Made by a program: the position numbers and the translations under genes. From Bryobacterales bacterium (GTDB lineage Bacteria > Acidobacteriota > Terriglobia > Bryobacterales > UBA6623), in NCBI GenBank assembly GCA_965205595.1, contig CBDBHI010000067.1, positions 207,674-271,673 on the forward strand: 64,000 nt of DNA, read 5' to 3'. Positions 9,314-18,650 of this stretch are shown in pieces. The notes under the pieces were generated by a model. It worked only from the letters and a program-made list of their open reading frames with translations. It was not told the origin of the DNA and did no database searches. The first letter of the stretch is position 1; every line of letters begins with the position of its first letter.

Positions 9314-11733
9314 AAAGCCGCAAAACTAGATGTATCTGGATCTCGTCGCTGCTGCTTTCGGCAGGATTGAGTTCAGCTTTCGGCCAGGATGCGAACAGCG
9401 GTCGGGTAGAGGGTACTGTGGTCGAAGGCGATCTGAACCGCGCGGTCGTTGGAGCGGTTGTTCGTGTCGACGATAGCGATTTGGAGAGCGTGTCGAACGC
9501 CGTCGGCCGCTTCGTGATCGATGCCATGGCCGCGGGAGTCGCGACGATTGTGGTGGATGCTCCGGGCTATCTCGAACTGCGCGTCGGCGACATTCGGGTG
9601 GAGGCGGGGCAGACGCTGGAACTAGATGTCAAGTTGGAACCGACGCCGAACATCCTGCAACGGATTCAGGTGACCGCAACCAAGTCGGCGCTCAGCATTG
9701 GCGAGGTTCCCGCCCAAACGGAGATCGTCGAGAGAGAGATTATGGACCTGCGTGGGGATCAAGAGTTGACCCAAGCGATCTCGCACGTGCCTGGCGTGAC
9801 CGTCAGTACGCAAGCAGGTTCGTTCGAGTCGGTGTCGCTTCGCGGTTTACCTCGCGATGGCAACGAGTTCACCAGTACGCTCTTGTTGATCGACGGCGTG
9901 CCTCAGACCGATTCTCGAAACAGCGCTCGTGTGGTCAATCTGCCGATCAACAACACGAGTACGGTCGAGGTGGTTCGAGGCCCGAATTCCGCTCTCTATG
10001 GCCGAACAGCCGTTGGCGGTGTGATTAACGTACGTACGGCTGATCCGACGCCAAAGCATCAGTTTCGAGTCGATTTTTCCGCGGGCGAGTTCGGTTTCTT
10101 CAAGGGCATCGCTCGGGCGTCGGGCCCGATTCAGCGCAGGGGCGGCTACTACGCGTCGATCGCCCGTGAACACAATGAGGGGTATTGGACGGGGCCGTTT
10201 GACTTCAACGTTGATGAGACGGCCGCGTTTGGCAAGTTGACATTCGTTCCCGACAGCCAGTCGTTTGGCAGCATTAGCGCCAACGTTGTGCGGTCGGACA
10301 ATGCCACGCCGACGAACGTTCCGATCATCGGCGGTCGACTGCTCAGCGACATCGATCCGAGGTTCGACCGCCGCACGAGTCTGAACGTCCCTGGCACGAA
10401 CTATCACCAGGAGGAAACCCGCTTCACGTTGAACTACACCCGCCAACTAGCCGAGCGGGCGCGAATTGTCGAGGTGTTCGGCTACAGGCCGATCCAATAC
10501 AAGTTCGTCGACGACGGCGACGTAATCGGCGGACCGTTCGACCTTGAGGCGACCACGCTCTCGATGTTCCCGTTCGAGTTGCAGACCGATGAAGACATTT
10601 ATTATCAGGAATTGCGATTCGAGGCCGAACCAGAGCTAGGACCCGTGCGGAACTCCTTTATCTTCGGAGTGTCGTACGACAAAACGACCGGCTTCGCAGC
10701 CGGCAACTTGATCTTTACCGACCCTGACCTGTTCGGCTGGACGCTCAACTATCTCAACCCGGTGATCCCACCCAGCGAGGACTGGCAGTTTTTCCGATTT
10801 GGCGGGAATGACTACCGCCTCGGCATCACCGGCGTCTTCGCGCAATATATGATTGCGCCGCTCAGACGCTGGGTCATGACTGTCGGCGGGCGTTACGACC
10901 GCATGGCGCTCGACAACACCCTGACATTCACCGACGGTAGCCCCATCGTGGAGGATTCGTTTGACGCGTTCAGCCCGAAGGTGAGCTCGACATTCAAGCT
11001 GTTCGGCGTAGAAGATGGCGCGGGACCGACGCTGAATATCTACGGGACCTACTCGCAGGCGTTTTTGCCGCCTCGCCGGCCAAGTCAGCTTCGGCCCAGT
11101 AACGAGCAACTCGAGTTGATCCCCGAAGACGTCGACAACTACGAGGGTGGTGTGAAAGCTAGCGCGCTCGGCGGGGCGCTGACGTTCGAAGCGGGCTACT
11201 TCTGGATGAAACGCGACGGCATCATCACGACGGTGCGGCAAGGCCCGTTCTTCCTGCCCACCAACGCGGGCGAGCACGAGTACAAGGGATTCGAATCGAC
11301 GATTCGCTGGCGCGCAAATTCAAAGTTCATGGCGTACTTCAACGCCGCTGCTTACAAGAATCGTTTCGGCGACTTTATCATCGAGCAAGAGGGCGGCGAC
11401 ATCGTTCTGACCGGCAACCGATTGCCGATCTCACCGGATCAGGTTTTCAACAGCGGCACGGTCTTCTCGCCAGTTCGGTCAGTCGATATCACCGCTGACA
11501 TCAAACATGTCGGCTCCGTGCAGGTTGATCAGCGAAACACGTTCGAATTGAACGCTTACACGCTGGTCGATGCGTCGGTCTCCTGGCGGCGCGGGCCGTT
11601 TCGCGTTACGCTCGCGGCGCAGAACATCTTTGACAAAGAGTATTTCTGGAACGGCGCGGTCTCCTCAGGCGATTCGGCCGATATCGGCCGGCCGCGTCAG
11701 GTCCTCGTTTCCACGTCGTTTGTGTTTCGCTAG
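9298..11733 (+). CDS. TonB-dependent receptor with N-terminal carboxypeptidase-regulatory-like domain
   Basis: Plug motifs (LRGL...LLLIDGVP; VEVVRGPNSALYG..AVGGVIN) and a C-terminal NIFDKEY...GRPRQV..S.SFVF beta-strand. Confidence 0.92.
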   Translation: MAALTKSRKTRCIWISSLLLSAGLSSAFGQDANSGRVEGTVVEGDLNRAVVGAVVRVDDSDLESVSNAVGRFVIDAMAAGVATIVVDAPGYLELRVGDIRVEAGQTLELDVKLEPTPNILQRIQVTATKSALSIGEVPAQTEIVEREIMDLRGDQELTQAISHVPGVTVSTQAGSFESVSLRGLPRDGNEFTSTLLLIDGVPQTDSRNSARVVNLPINNTSTVEVVRGPNSALYGRTAVGGVINVRTADPTPKHQFRVDFSAGEFGFFKGIARASGPIQRRGGYYASIAREHNEGYWTGPFDFNVDETAAFGKLTFVPDSQSFGSISANVVRSDNATPTNVPIIGGRLLSDIDPRFDRRTSLNVPGTNYHQEETRFTLNYTRQLAERARIVEVFGYRPIQYKFVDDGDVIGGPFDLEATTLSMFPFELQTDEDIYYQELRFEAEPELGPVRNSFIFGVSYDKTTGFAAGNLIFTDPDLFGWTLNYLNPVIPPSEDWQFFRFGGNDYRLGITGVFAQYMIAPLRRWVMTVGGRYDRMALDNTLTFTDGSPIVEDSFDAFSPKVSSTFKLFGVEDGAGPTLNIYGTYSQAFLPPRRPSQLRPSNEQLELIPEDVDNYEGGVKASALGGALTFEAGYFWMKRDGIITTVRQGPFFLPTNAGEHEYKGFESTIRWRANSKFMAYFNAAAYKNRFGDFIIEQEGGDIVLTGNRLPISPDQVFNSGTVFSPVRSVDITADIKHVGSVQVDQRNTFELNAYTLVDASVSWRRGPFRVTLAAQNIFDKEYFWNGAVSSGDSADIGRPRQVLVSTSFVFR

Positions 11734-11937
11734 GTCTCACTAAACGTAATGGAAGTCCCACCGTTCGCGGTTCGGAAATCGCTGGTCTATACCTACCTGT
11801 GTGTACTTAAAAGCGGGTAGGAACCTTCCCACGCCTCTGGCGCTAAGCCGGATTACTTGCGAGAAACGCCCATGTCGCCAATGCGGCGGCTCGCAGCTCC
11901 TGCCGGACTGGCGATAAGGTCCTAGGAGTCTGTCCCG

Positions 11938-12151
11938 CAGAACGCGGAGCTCCTTACGTGCTCACCTAATTCGATCACCTGGCCGCATTATGAATGCCGC
12001 CCATTGGCCGGATTTGGCAGGGTTTCTGTGAAATTTCGAGCCTCCTTGCAGGGCTTTCCGCACCCTGCAGGTATAGTGTAAGGCCCGTGTGTCCGGTTTC
12101 CGGCCGACCGAATCGCTAGGTTGTTGATTTCAAAGGCAAAAGAAATTTCAA
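11938..12151 (+). repeat. Non-coding repeat, copy 1, left part (5' exon of the intron)
   Basis: About 90% identical by eye over the core to 24283-24428 and to the reverse complement of 28402-28548. Confidence 0.9.
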
Positions 12152-12431
12152 GAGCGCCGGGATAAACCGGCATGTTGTTGGGAATGAAAGAGTCCTACAA
12201 GGAAGGAGTTAGCGAGCCACCTTGGCCCCGAGTTTTGCGGACGGCGTCGCGAGGCGACGGTCGAAGCGTAAACAGGGGTGCCGGCGGGCCGGGCTATTGA
12301 GCTTCGAAAATTCTTGTCTCAGGGCGCCGACCACGTTTGAAAGATGGGAAGGCAACACGGGCGTTCGCGTGATTCGCGAGTGGACGTCCGGCCCTGCGTA
12401 GTCTGAGAACCTGAGCACGTCGAGAAACAAC

Positions 12432-13991
12432 ATGCACGAGAACCGGGAGACCTCTGGAGTGTCTCGAGCTGATCGAGACCGGTCCGAGAAGGCGCTAAGC
12501 CGAACGGCGGGCATGTACGCTCCAGAGGAGTCTGACTGCGCCGTAGTACCTGTGAACCGACCGAACAAAGAGAGGCAACTCTTGGCGGAGGCCGGGGAGG
12601 GAAGGGTGCAGACCAAGGAGAACAGCGAAGGGTCCTACACGAGCCCGACACGGAGCGGGAAAAGAGTGTCCCAAGGACTTGGAGGTGTGCGTCGAACAGC
12701 CAAAGAGAGGAGGCAGGAAAGGTTCAGCGCTTTGCTCCACCATCTGAACGTGGATCAACTACGGGAAAGCTTTTACTCGCTACAGAGAAAAGCCGCGCCT
12801 GGAGTCGACGGCGTGACGTGGCGGGAGTACGAGACCGGGCTTGAGGATCGACTGGTCGATCTGCACAGCCGGGTGCATCGGGGTAAGTATCGGGCGCAGC
12901 CCTCGCGGAGAGTCTATATCGAGAAGGCCGACGGGCGGCAACGTCCGTTGGGCATTGCGGCGCTGGAGGACAAGATCGTCCAACAGGCCGTAGTGACGAT
13001 CCTCAATCAAATCTATGAGGTCGACTTCAAGGGCTTTTCGTACGGGTTTCGACCGGGACGCGGTCCGCATCAGGCGCTCGATGCGCTGTCGGTGGGGATC
13101 GAATCCAAGCGCGTGAACTGGGTGTTGGACTGTGATGTGCGGTCGTTCTTCGACACGGTGTCGCATGAATGGCTGGACAAGTTCATCCGGCACCGCGTGG
13201 CCGATTCGAGGGTACTTCGTCTGATCCAGAAATGGCTGAAGGCGGGCATATCCGAGGAGGGCGAATGGTTGGAGACCAAGGTAGGGACTCCGCAAGGGGC
13301 GGTGATTTCACCGCTATTAGCGAATATCTATCTTCATTATGTTTTCGATTTGTGGGTGGAAGCCTGGCGCAAGAAAGTGGCAACGGGCGACGTGATCGTC
13401 GTTCGTTACGCCGACGACATTGTGGTGGGCTTTGAGCACCGGGTGGAAGCGGAACGGTTTCGGAGAGAGCTTCAAGAACGTTTCGCCAAGTTCGGTCTGG
13501 AACTTCATGCGGGCAAGACGCGGTTGATCGAGTTTGGGCGGTTCGCCGCCCAGAACCGGACGAGACGGGGCGAGGGAAAGCCGGCGACCTTCGATTTCTT
13601 GGGCTTCACGCATTATTGTGGGAAGCGCAGGAAGACGGGCACGTTTACCGTCTGGCGCAAGACGGTTAAGAGGCGGATGGTGGCGAAGCTGCATCAGTTG
13701 AAGGCAGTTCTGCGTCGCCGGATGCACGAGCCGACGGCGCTGGTCGGGGCCTGGCTGAAGCGGGTCGTCGAGGGCTTTTACCAATACCACGCGGTTCCGG
13801 GCAACTCGGATCGGCTGGCGTTGTTCCAATACCGGCTGCGCATGCTGTGGCGACGCGTGTTGTTTCGTCGCAGTCAGAAGGGACGCAAGTCCTGGAAGAG
13901 ACTCAACCGACTGTTGGACCGCTGGATTCCTCGCCCTCGCGTTCTGCATCCTTATCCGCCGGAGCGTTTCTACGCCAATCATCCGAGGTAG
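12432..13991 (+). CDS. ltrA: Group II intron reverse transcriptase/maturase (RT + X, no En domain)
   Basis: RPLGI..LEDKIVQ, SYGFRPGR, GTPQG..ISPLLANIYLH, RYADD and FDFLGF motifs. The ORF ends immediately before DV with no HNH domain. Confidence 0.96.
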   Translation: MHENRETSGVSRADRDRSEKALSRTAGMYAPEESDCAVVPVNRPNKERQLLAEAGEGRVQTKENSEGSYTSPTRSGKRVSQGLGGVRRTAKERRQERFSALLHHLNVDQLRESFYSLQRKAAPGVDGVTWREYETGLEDRLVDLHSRVHRGKYRAQPSRRVYIEKADGRQRPLGIAALEDKIVQQAVVTILNQIYEVDFKGFSYGFRPGRGPHQALDALSVGIESKRVNWVLDCDVRSFFDTVSHEWLDKFIRHRVADSRVLRLIQKWLKAGISEEGEWLETKVGTPQGAVISPLLANIYLHYVFDLWVEAWRKKVATGDVIVVRYADDIVVGFEHRVEAERFRRELQERFAKFGLELHAGKTRLIEFGRFAAQNRTRRGEGKPATFDFLGFTHYCGKRRKTGTFTVWRKTVKRRMVAKLHQLKAVLRRRMHEPTALVGAWLKRVVEGFYQYHAVPGNSDRLALFQYRLRMLWRRVLFRRSQKGRKSWKRLNRLLDRWIPRPRVLHPYPPERFYANHPR

Positions 13992-14178
13992 GAGCCCAGT
14001 GCATTAGCAGTGCACGCTGGGATCTGTGCGGGGGGTGCCGGGCGACCGGCATCCTGAGAACGGCGGAGCGAAACTAGACTATAGAGCGGCGAATCGAAGC
14101 TGCTTTTGGGCGGAGTAAAAGTAGACCGTCCGAGTGGTCCAGCGAACATTCCTGTGGTGTTTGTGGGACACGAGAGGG

Positions 14179-15678
14179 ATGTATCGCGTGGAGCTATACG
14201 CTCAAGTACGGCGCAGTGTCTTTGTCGAAGGGCTCAGTGAGCGCGAGGCCGCCAAACGGTTTGGCCTGGCGCGAGGGACGGTGCGCAAGATGTTGCGCTA
14301 CGCCACTCCGCCGGGCTATCGGCGGCGCCAACCAGCGCAGAGGCCGAAGCTGGATCCCTTCACCGGAATCGTCGATCAGATCCTCATCGACGATCAGGAA
14401 CGTCCGAAGAAACAACGCCACACCGCAAAACGCATCTTCGACCGCTTGCGCGACGAGTACGATTTCACCGGCGGTTACACGATTGTCAAGGACTATGTTC
14501 GCGACAAGAAGCTCGGCGGGCAAGAGATGTTCGTGCCGCTGGTGCATCCGGCGGGCGATGCCCAGGCCGACTGCGGTGAAGCTCTGGTGGTCATTGACGG
14601 CGTACAGCGCAAGGCGCACTACTTGGTGGTCGATCTGCCGCCTAGCGATGACGCTTTCGTAAAAGCTTTCCCGGCCGCGACGACGGAAGCGTTTTGCGAG
14701 GGGCACAACGCAGCGTTTCGGTACTTCGGCGGCGTGCCACGCAGCATCCTCTACGACAACACGACCTTGGCGCTGGCGAGGATTCTGGGCGACGGCAGGC
14801 GCAAGCGGACCAGGGTGTTCAGTGAACTGCAGTCGCACTATTTATTCTCCGATCGTTTCGGGCGTCCGGGCAAAGGCAACGACAAGGGAAAGGTGGAAGG
14901 ACTGGTCGGTTATGCCCGGCGGAACTTCATGGTGCCGGCGCCAAGGTTTCCAAGCTGGGAAGCGTTCAACGAGCAGCTCGAAGCGCAGTGCCTCAACAAT
15001 CGTAAGCGGCGCTTGCGGCGGCACACCGAAACGATTGAGGAACGTTTCAAGCGTGACCGCCAAGCGTTGTTGCCCTTGCCGCCCACGCCCTATGACGCCT
15101 GCGACAAACGCACCACGCGGGTGCCGTCGCTGTCATTGGTGCGCTATCGCGCCAACGACTACGCGGTGCCCACACGCTACGGACATCGCCAGGTGTTGCT
15201 GAAAGGCTACGTCGATGAAATCGTGATCTGTTGTGGCAGCGAAGAGATCGCGCGCCACCGGCGCAGTTACGAACGCGAAGAGTTGATCTTCGATCCGCTG
15301 CATTACCTAGCACTGCTGGAACGCAAGACCAACGCGCTCGATCAAGCGGCCCCGTTGGCGGGCTGGGAGCTGCCCGAACAGTTCCCGTGCTTGAGACGTT
15401 TGCTCGAGGCACGGTTGGGAAAGCCAGGCAAGCGCGAGTACGTGCAGGTATTGCGATGACTGGAGGACTTCCGATTCGAGCACGTTGCCGCGGCGCTGCG
15501 CCAAGCCTGCGAGTTGGGAGCGATTGGCTTGGATGCAGTCAGGCACTTAGTGCTGTGCCGCATCGAGCAACGGCCGCCGCGCTTGGACTTGACGAAGTAT
15601 CCGCACCTGCCGGCAGCCCAGGTGGAGCAAACCTCCGCTGCGGACTATTTGGCACTGCCGGCACAAGGAGGGGGGTAA
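14179..15678 (+). pseudogene. istA: IS21 transposase IstA with an in-frame TGA at 15457-15459
   Basis: DDE transposase motifs. The IstA-like C-terminus (AIGLDAVRHLVLCRIEQRPPRLDL..YP.LP) continues in frame after the TGA to a TAA that overlaps the istB ATG (TAATG). Confidence 0.85.
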
Positions 15679-16439
15679 TGGCGAGGTCGAAACTTCTGCT
15701 CGAAGCGCATTTGAAAGCGTTGCGGCTGCCAACCTTCCTGCGCGAGTACGACAAACTGGCGCGGCAATGCGCCGCCGAGAGCTTGGATTCGAGGAGCTTC
15801 CTGCAACAACTCTGCGAGCTGGAACTGCTCGACCGTGAACAGCGGGCCACCGAGCGCCGCAGCAAGGCCGCGAAGTTTCCCGTGACCAAGAGTCTGGACA
15901 CTTTCGACTTCCCGTCCTTGCCGGCGTTGAACAAGAAGCTGGTGCTGGAACTGGCGCGCTGTGAGTTTATCGACCGCCGCGAAAACGTGCCGGCACTGGG
16001 TAATTCCGGCACGGGCAAAACGCACATCGGCTTGGCGTTGGGACTGGCGGCTTGTCAGCGCGGCTATCGAACACGCTTCACAACAGCGGCGGCACTGGTC
16101 AATGAGCTGCTCGAAGCCCGAGATGAACGGCGCTTGCTGCGATGTCAAAAGCAGTTGGCCAAGCAGGATCTGCTGATCGTCGATGAACTGGGCTACGTGC
16201 CGCTATCGAAGACCGGAGCGGAGTTATTGTTCGAAGTGTTTTCCCAGCGCTACGAACAGGGCTCGACGCTGGTCACCTCGAATCTGCCGTTTAACGAATG
16301 GACGGAGGTCTTCGGCTCCGAGCGGCTGACCGGCGCCCTGCTCGATCGCCTCACGCACCACGTTCATATTCTAGAGCTGAACGGCGAAAGCTTCCGTCTG
16401 ATCCAGAGCAAGAAGAAGCGGGCTCACTCTTTGGGCTGA
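15678..16439 (+). CDS. istB: IS21 helper AAA+ ATPase IstB
   Basis: Walker A GNSGTGKT, Walker B LLIVDELG, and TSNL.F.EW...ALLDRL.HH. Confidence 0.93.
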   Translation: MARSKLLLEAHLKALRLPTFLREYDKLARQCAAESLDSRSFLQQLCELELLDREQRATERRSKAAKFPVTKSLDTFDFPSLPALNKKLVLELARCEFIDRRENVPALGNSGTGKTHIGLALGLAACQRGYRTRFTTAAALVNELLEARDERRLLRCQKQLAKQDLLIVDELGYVPLSKTGAELLFEVFSQRYEQGSTLVTSNLPFNEWTEVFGSERLTGALLDRLTHHVHILELNGESFRLIQSKKKRAHSLG

Positions 16440-16624
16440 CCCACCGGCCACTCGCCCGGTTTTCGTGGGACGGCCTCCACTACGCCTGGGCCGCCCTAAA
16501 GGGCGACCGCAGGCTCCGTTCCAGCCGTCCCACGAAAACCGCTACCCCTTCACCAACTGGTCTACTTTTGCTCCGCCGAAGTGGTCCAAATTTACTCCGC
16601 CCTTGACAGCATCCCTACCGCGAT

Positions 16625-16671
16625 AATCGCGGTACGACCGTTTGGGCGGGTTCCGTCTTGGCCGGCGCGAG
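16625..16671 (+). repeat. Non-coding repeat, copy 1, right part (3' exon)
   Basis: AATCGCGGTACGACCGTTTGGGCGGGTT..CTTGGCCG matches the continuation of copy 3 (reverse complement). Confidence 0.85.
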
Positions 16672-16684
16672 CATGCGGCTTCAT

Positions 16685-18625
16685 TTATTCCGTGGACTCG
16701 TAAGTCAGGCCGAAGCCATATTCGAAAAGTGGCTCGGCTGAGTCGCTTGGCAAATCCTCCAACTGCGCGTCAACGGCTTCCATCGATGAAGGCAATTCGA
16801 ACGGCAGCTTACCAGTCGGGTTGAACTTGCCGAACACGACATCAAGCAGCGCTTCATCACTAGCGCCAAAGGTGCCCAACACGGCGGCGGCATTCTTCGC
16901 GATCTCTGGGATCACGGCGGGTCGATCCAAGTGAATGGAGACTACGGTCGGCTTGGAGCGCAATATTTCCAGAAGACGCTTTCGCTCGTCCCCTCTAAAC
17001 GCCAGGCTGCCGAGATGGATACGTCCGAAAAAGCCCGGTCGGGTTTCGAATGCGGTTTGTAAGCGAAGGACGGCAACGTCGGCCTGCTGCAACTGATCGA
17101 CGACAGTCCCGTATTGCGCCGCGACCTGCGGATTCACGTTCTCGACATAGATCTTGGCGCCGTGCTGCAGCGGCAGCGCCTTGGCGTCATTGGCTGCTTG
17201 ATTTTTCAGCAGTACTATCGATTTCCTCTGGGCCGTATCGGCCTCCGCCTGGAACGGCTCACTGCCAACAATCTCCTTCGCTCGGTCGGGATCGACGTAG
17301 GGATTCTCAAACACTCCCAGGCTGAACTTATCTCGCAACAAGCGCCTAGCCGACTCGTCGATGCGTTCCTCTGTGACGCTGCCGCCCGTCACCAGAGTGA
17401 CGATGTGTTCTGGATTGGAATCCCCGCCAAACTGGTCGACTCCGGCATCAATTGCTTTCGCGTAGCGCTCTTCAATCGAGAGCTCATTGACGCCCCAAGG
17501 CATCAGAGTTAAAATCCCCCAGTCGCTACACACCACGCCGTCAAATCCGAGCTGCTCCCGCAACATTCCCGTGATAATTTCTTTGTTGTATGCCATGGCG
17601 ACGTTCTCGCTCGTGACGTCGGTCGGAATGCCGTAGTAGGGCATGATCTGTGCAGCGCCGGCGGCAATGGCGGCCTTGAACGGGATCAGGTGATAGTCAA
17701 AGTTGTCGCCTGGATACACCTGCTCTTGGCCGAAATCGTTGTGCGGGTCGAGGCCGTCGAGTTGTGGACCGCCACCAGGAAAGTGCTTCGTCATCGTGAT
17801 CACGCTCGTCGGACCGAGGCCACCCTCACCCTGAAATCCAACGATGTAGGCGGTGGTCATTTCAGCGGAAAGCTCCGCGTTCTCGCCGAAAGTACCGACG
17901 ATGCGGCCCCAGCGCGGCTCGGTGGCGAGGTCCGCCATGGGATGCAACGCTGTGCGAATGCCCACCGCGCGGTACTCTTCGGACGCGATCTCGCCGAAGC
18001 GCCTTACCAACTTCGCGTCAGCCGTCGCCGCCAGGCCGATCTGTTCCGGCCATTGCGAGAAAGCCCCCGCCCGAACGCTCGTGGCGTCGGGGTCGTGCCG
18101 GAATCCGTTGCGCGGATCAGAACTTATCGTTAACGGAATCCCTAGCCGAGCCGTCTCCGCCATCTCCTGGAGGTTGTTGTTCCAAGTCGCGATGACTTCA
18201 GGCCGTTCTGAGGTCCGCACGAGCACGTGATTGATCTGTTTTTTGAGAATGACCTCGCTCGTCCCCGGTTGCGGGAATCGAGGCATGCCTGGAGGACGCT
18301 TATCTTCCTCGCCGGGAACCGGTTCGAATAGGGTCCCGTTCTCCCCCATGCTCAAGGCTGGGTGCGCCATCAGGCCGGCTTTCGCTTCAATCGTCATTTG
18401 GTCAAGCAGGTCAACGACGCGCTCCTCGACCGGCAGACGCCAATCTTCATAGGGGTCAAGGCTGGCGTTCTTGTTGTGGTCTTTGAACTCATACCCCCCC
18501 ACGGTCAGAACGTCGAGACTTCGCGCGCTGAGCTGCGGCTGCGTGAACTCGGGACCGCCCGACGAACAGCCTGCAAGCATGATCATCAGTGTGGCTACGG
18601 AGAACTGAAACGGTTTGTAATTCAT
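16685..18625 (-). CDS. Glycoside hydrolase family 3 (beta-glucosidase-like), lipoprotein
   Basis: SSDPR, EPRWGR, TKHFPG, CSDWG and SIVLLKN motifs; the likely start is ATG 18625 with a LAGC lipobox. Confidence 0.92.
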   Translation of the reverse strand: MNYKPFQFSVATLMIMLAGCSSGGPEFTQPQLSARSLDVLTVGGYEFKDHNKNASLDPYEDWRLPVEERVVDLLDQMTIEAKAGLMAHPALSMGENGTLFEPVPGEEDKRPPGMPRFPQPGTSEVILKKQINHVLVRTSERPEVIATWNNNLQEMAETARLGIPLTISSDPRNGFRHDPDATSVRAGAFSQWPEQIGLAATADAKLVRRFGEIASEEYRAVGIRTALHPMADLATEPRWGRIVGTFGENAELSAEMTTAYIVGFQGEGGLGPTSVITMTKHFPGGGPQLDGLDPHNDFGQEQVYPGDNFDYHLIPFKAAIAAGAAQIMPYYGIPTDVTSENVAMAYNKEIITGMLREQLGFDGVVCSDWGILTLMPWGVNELSIEERYAKAIDAGVDQFGGDSNPEHIVTLVTGGSVTEERIDESARRLLRDKFSLGVFENPYVDPDRAKEIVGSEPFQAEADTAQRKSIVLLKNQAANDAKALPLQHGAKIYVENVNPQVAAQYGTVVDQLQQADVAVLRLQTAFETRPGFFGRIHLGSLAFRGDERKRLLEILRSKPTVVSIHLDRPAVIPEIAKNAAAVLGTFGASDEALLDVVFGKFNPTGKLPFELPSSMEAVDAQLEDLPSDSAEPLFEYGFGLTYESTE

Positions 18626-18650
18626 TAGAAATTTCTCGGTCGCAGTGACA

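Larger units (their letters stand above)
14055..16608 (+). mobile_element. IS21-family insertion sequence
   Basis: Ends TGAGAACGGCGGAGCG... and ...CTCCGCCCTTGACA; internal GGCGGAG..AAA.TAGAC repeats at both ends; flanked by duplicated GCATCC (14049-14054 and 16609-16614); contains istA and istB. Confidence 0.93.
12152..16624 (+). mobile_element. Group II intron (IIB-type, class E-like RT), interrupted by IS21 in domain VI
   Basis: 5' end GAGCGCC; DV GAGCCCAGTGCATTAGCAGTGCACGCTGGGATC at 13992-14024; DVI GGGGGGTGCCGG-GCGA-CCGGCATCC|CTACCGCGAT; 3' end AT. Removing it rejoins the repeat as TTTCAA|AATCGC, matching copy 3. Confidence 0.92.

Noticed and set aside
11806-11817. 12-mer CTTAAAAGCGGG shared with 28141-28152, and 11-mer GTAAGGCCCGT at 588-598 shared with the repeat core
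   Set aside because: The flanks do not align, and matches this short could be chance in 64 kb.
11740-11940. attL/attR copy of the tRNA-Asn 3' end marking the island boundary
   Set aside because: No match to TGGCTCCTCAGG was found by eye here or elsewhere in the window, and no integrase is present.
11988-12173. 61-aa antisense ORF through the repeat (also open in copy 3)
   Set aside because: The equivalent frame in copy 2 has a TAG stop, and the start in copy 1 comes from intron sequence. There is no coding evidence.
12209-13982. Antisense ORFs over the intron and RT, and the many other long shadow ORFs in the track
   Set aside because: They lie opposite or within well-supported genes in GC-rich DNA and show no recognisable motifs.
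15231-15677. N-terminal extension of the 402-aa ORF containing istB
   Set aside because: It overlaps istA in another frame. The IstB homology begins at ATG 15678, which is coupled through TAATG.
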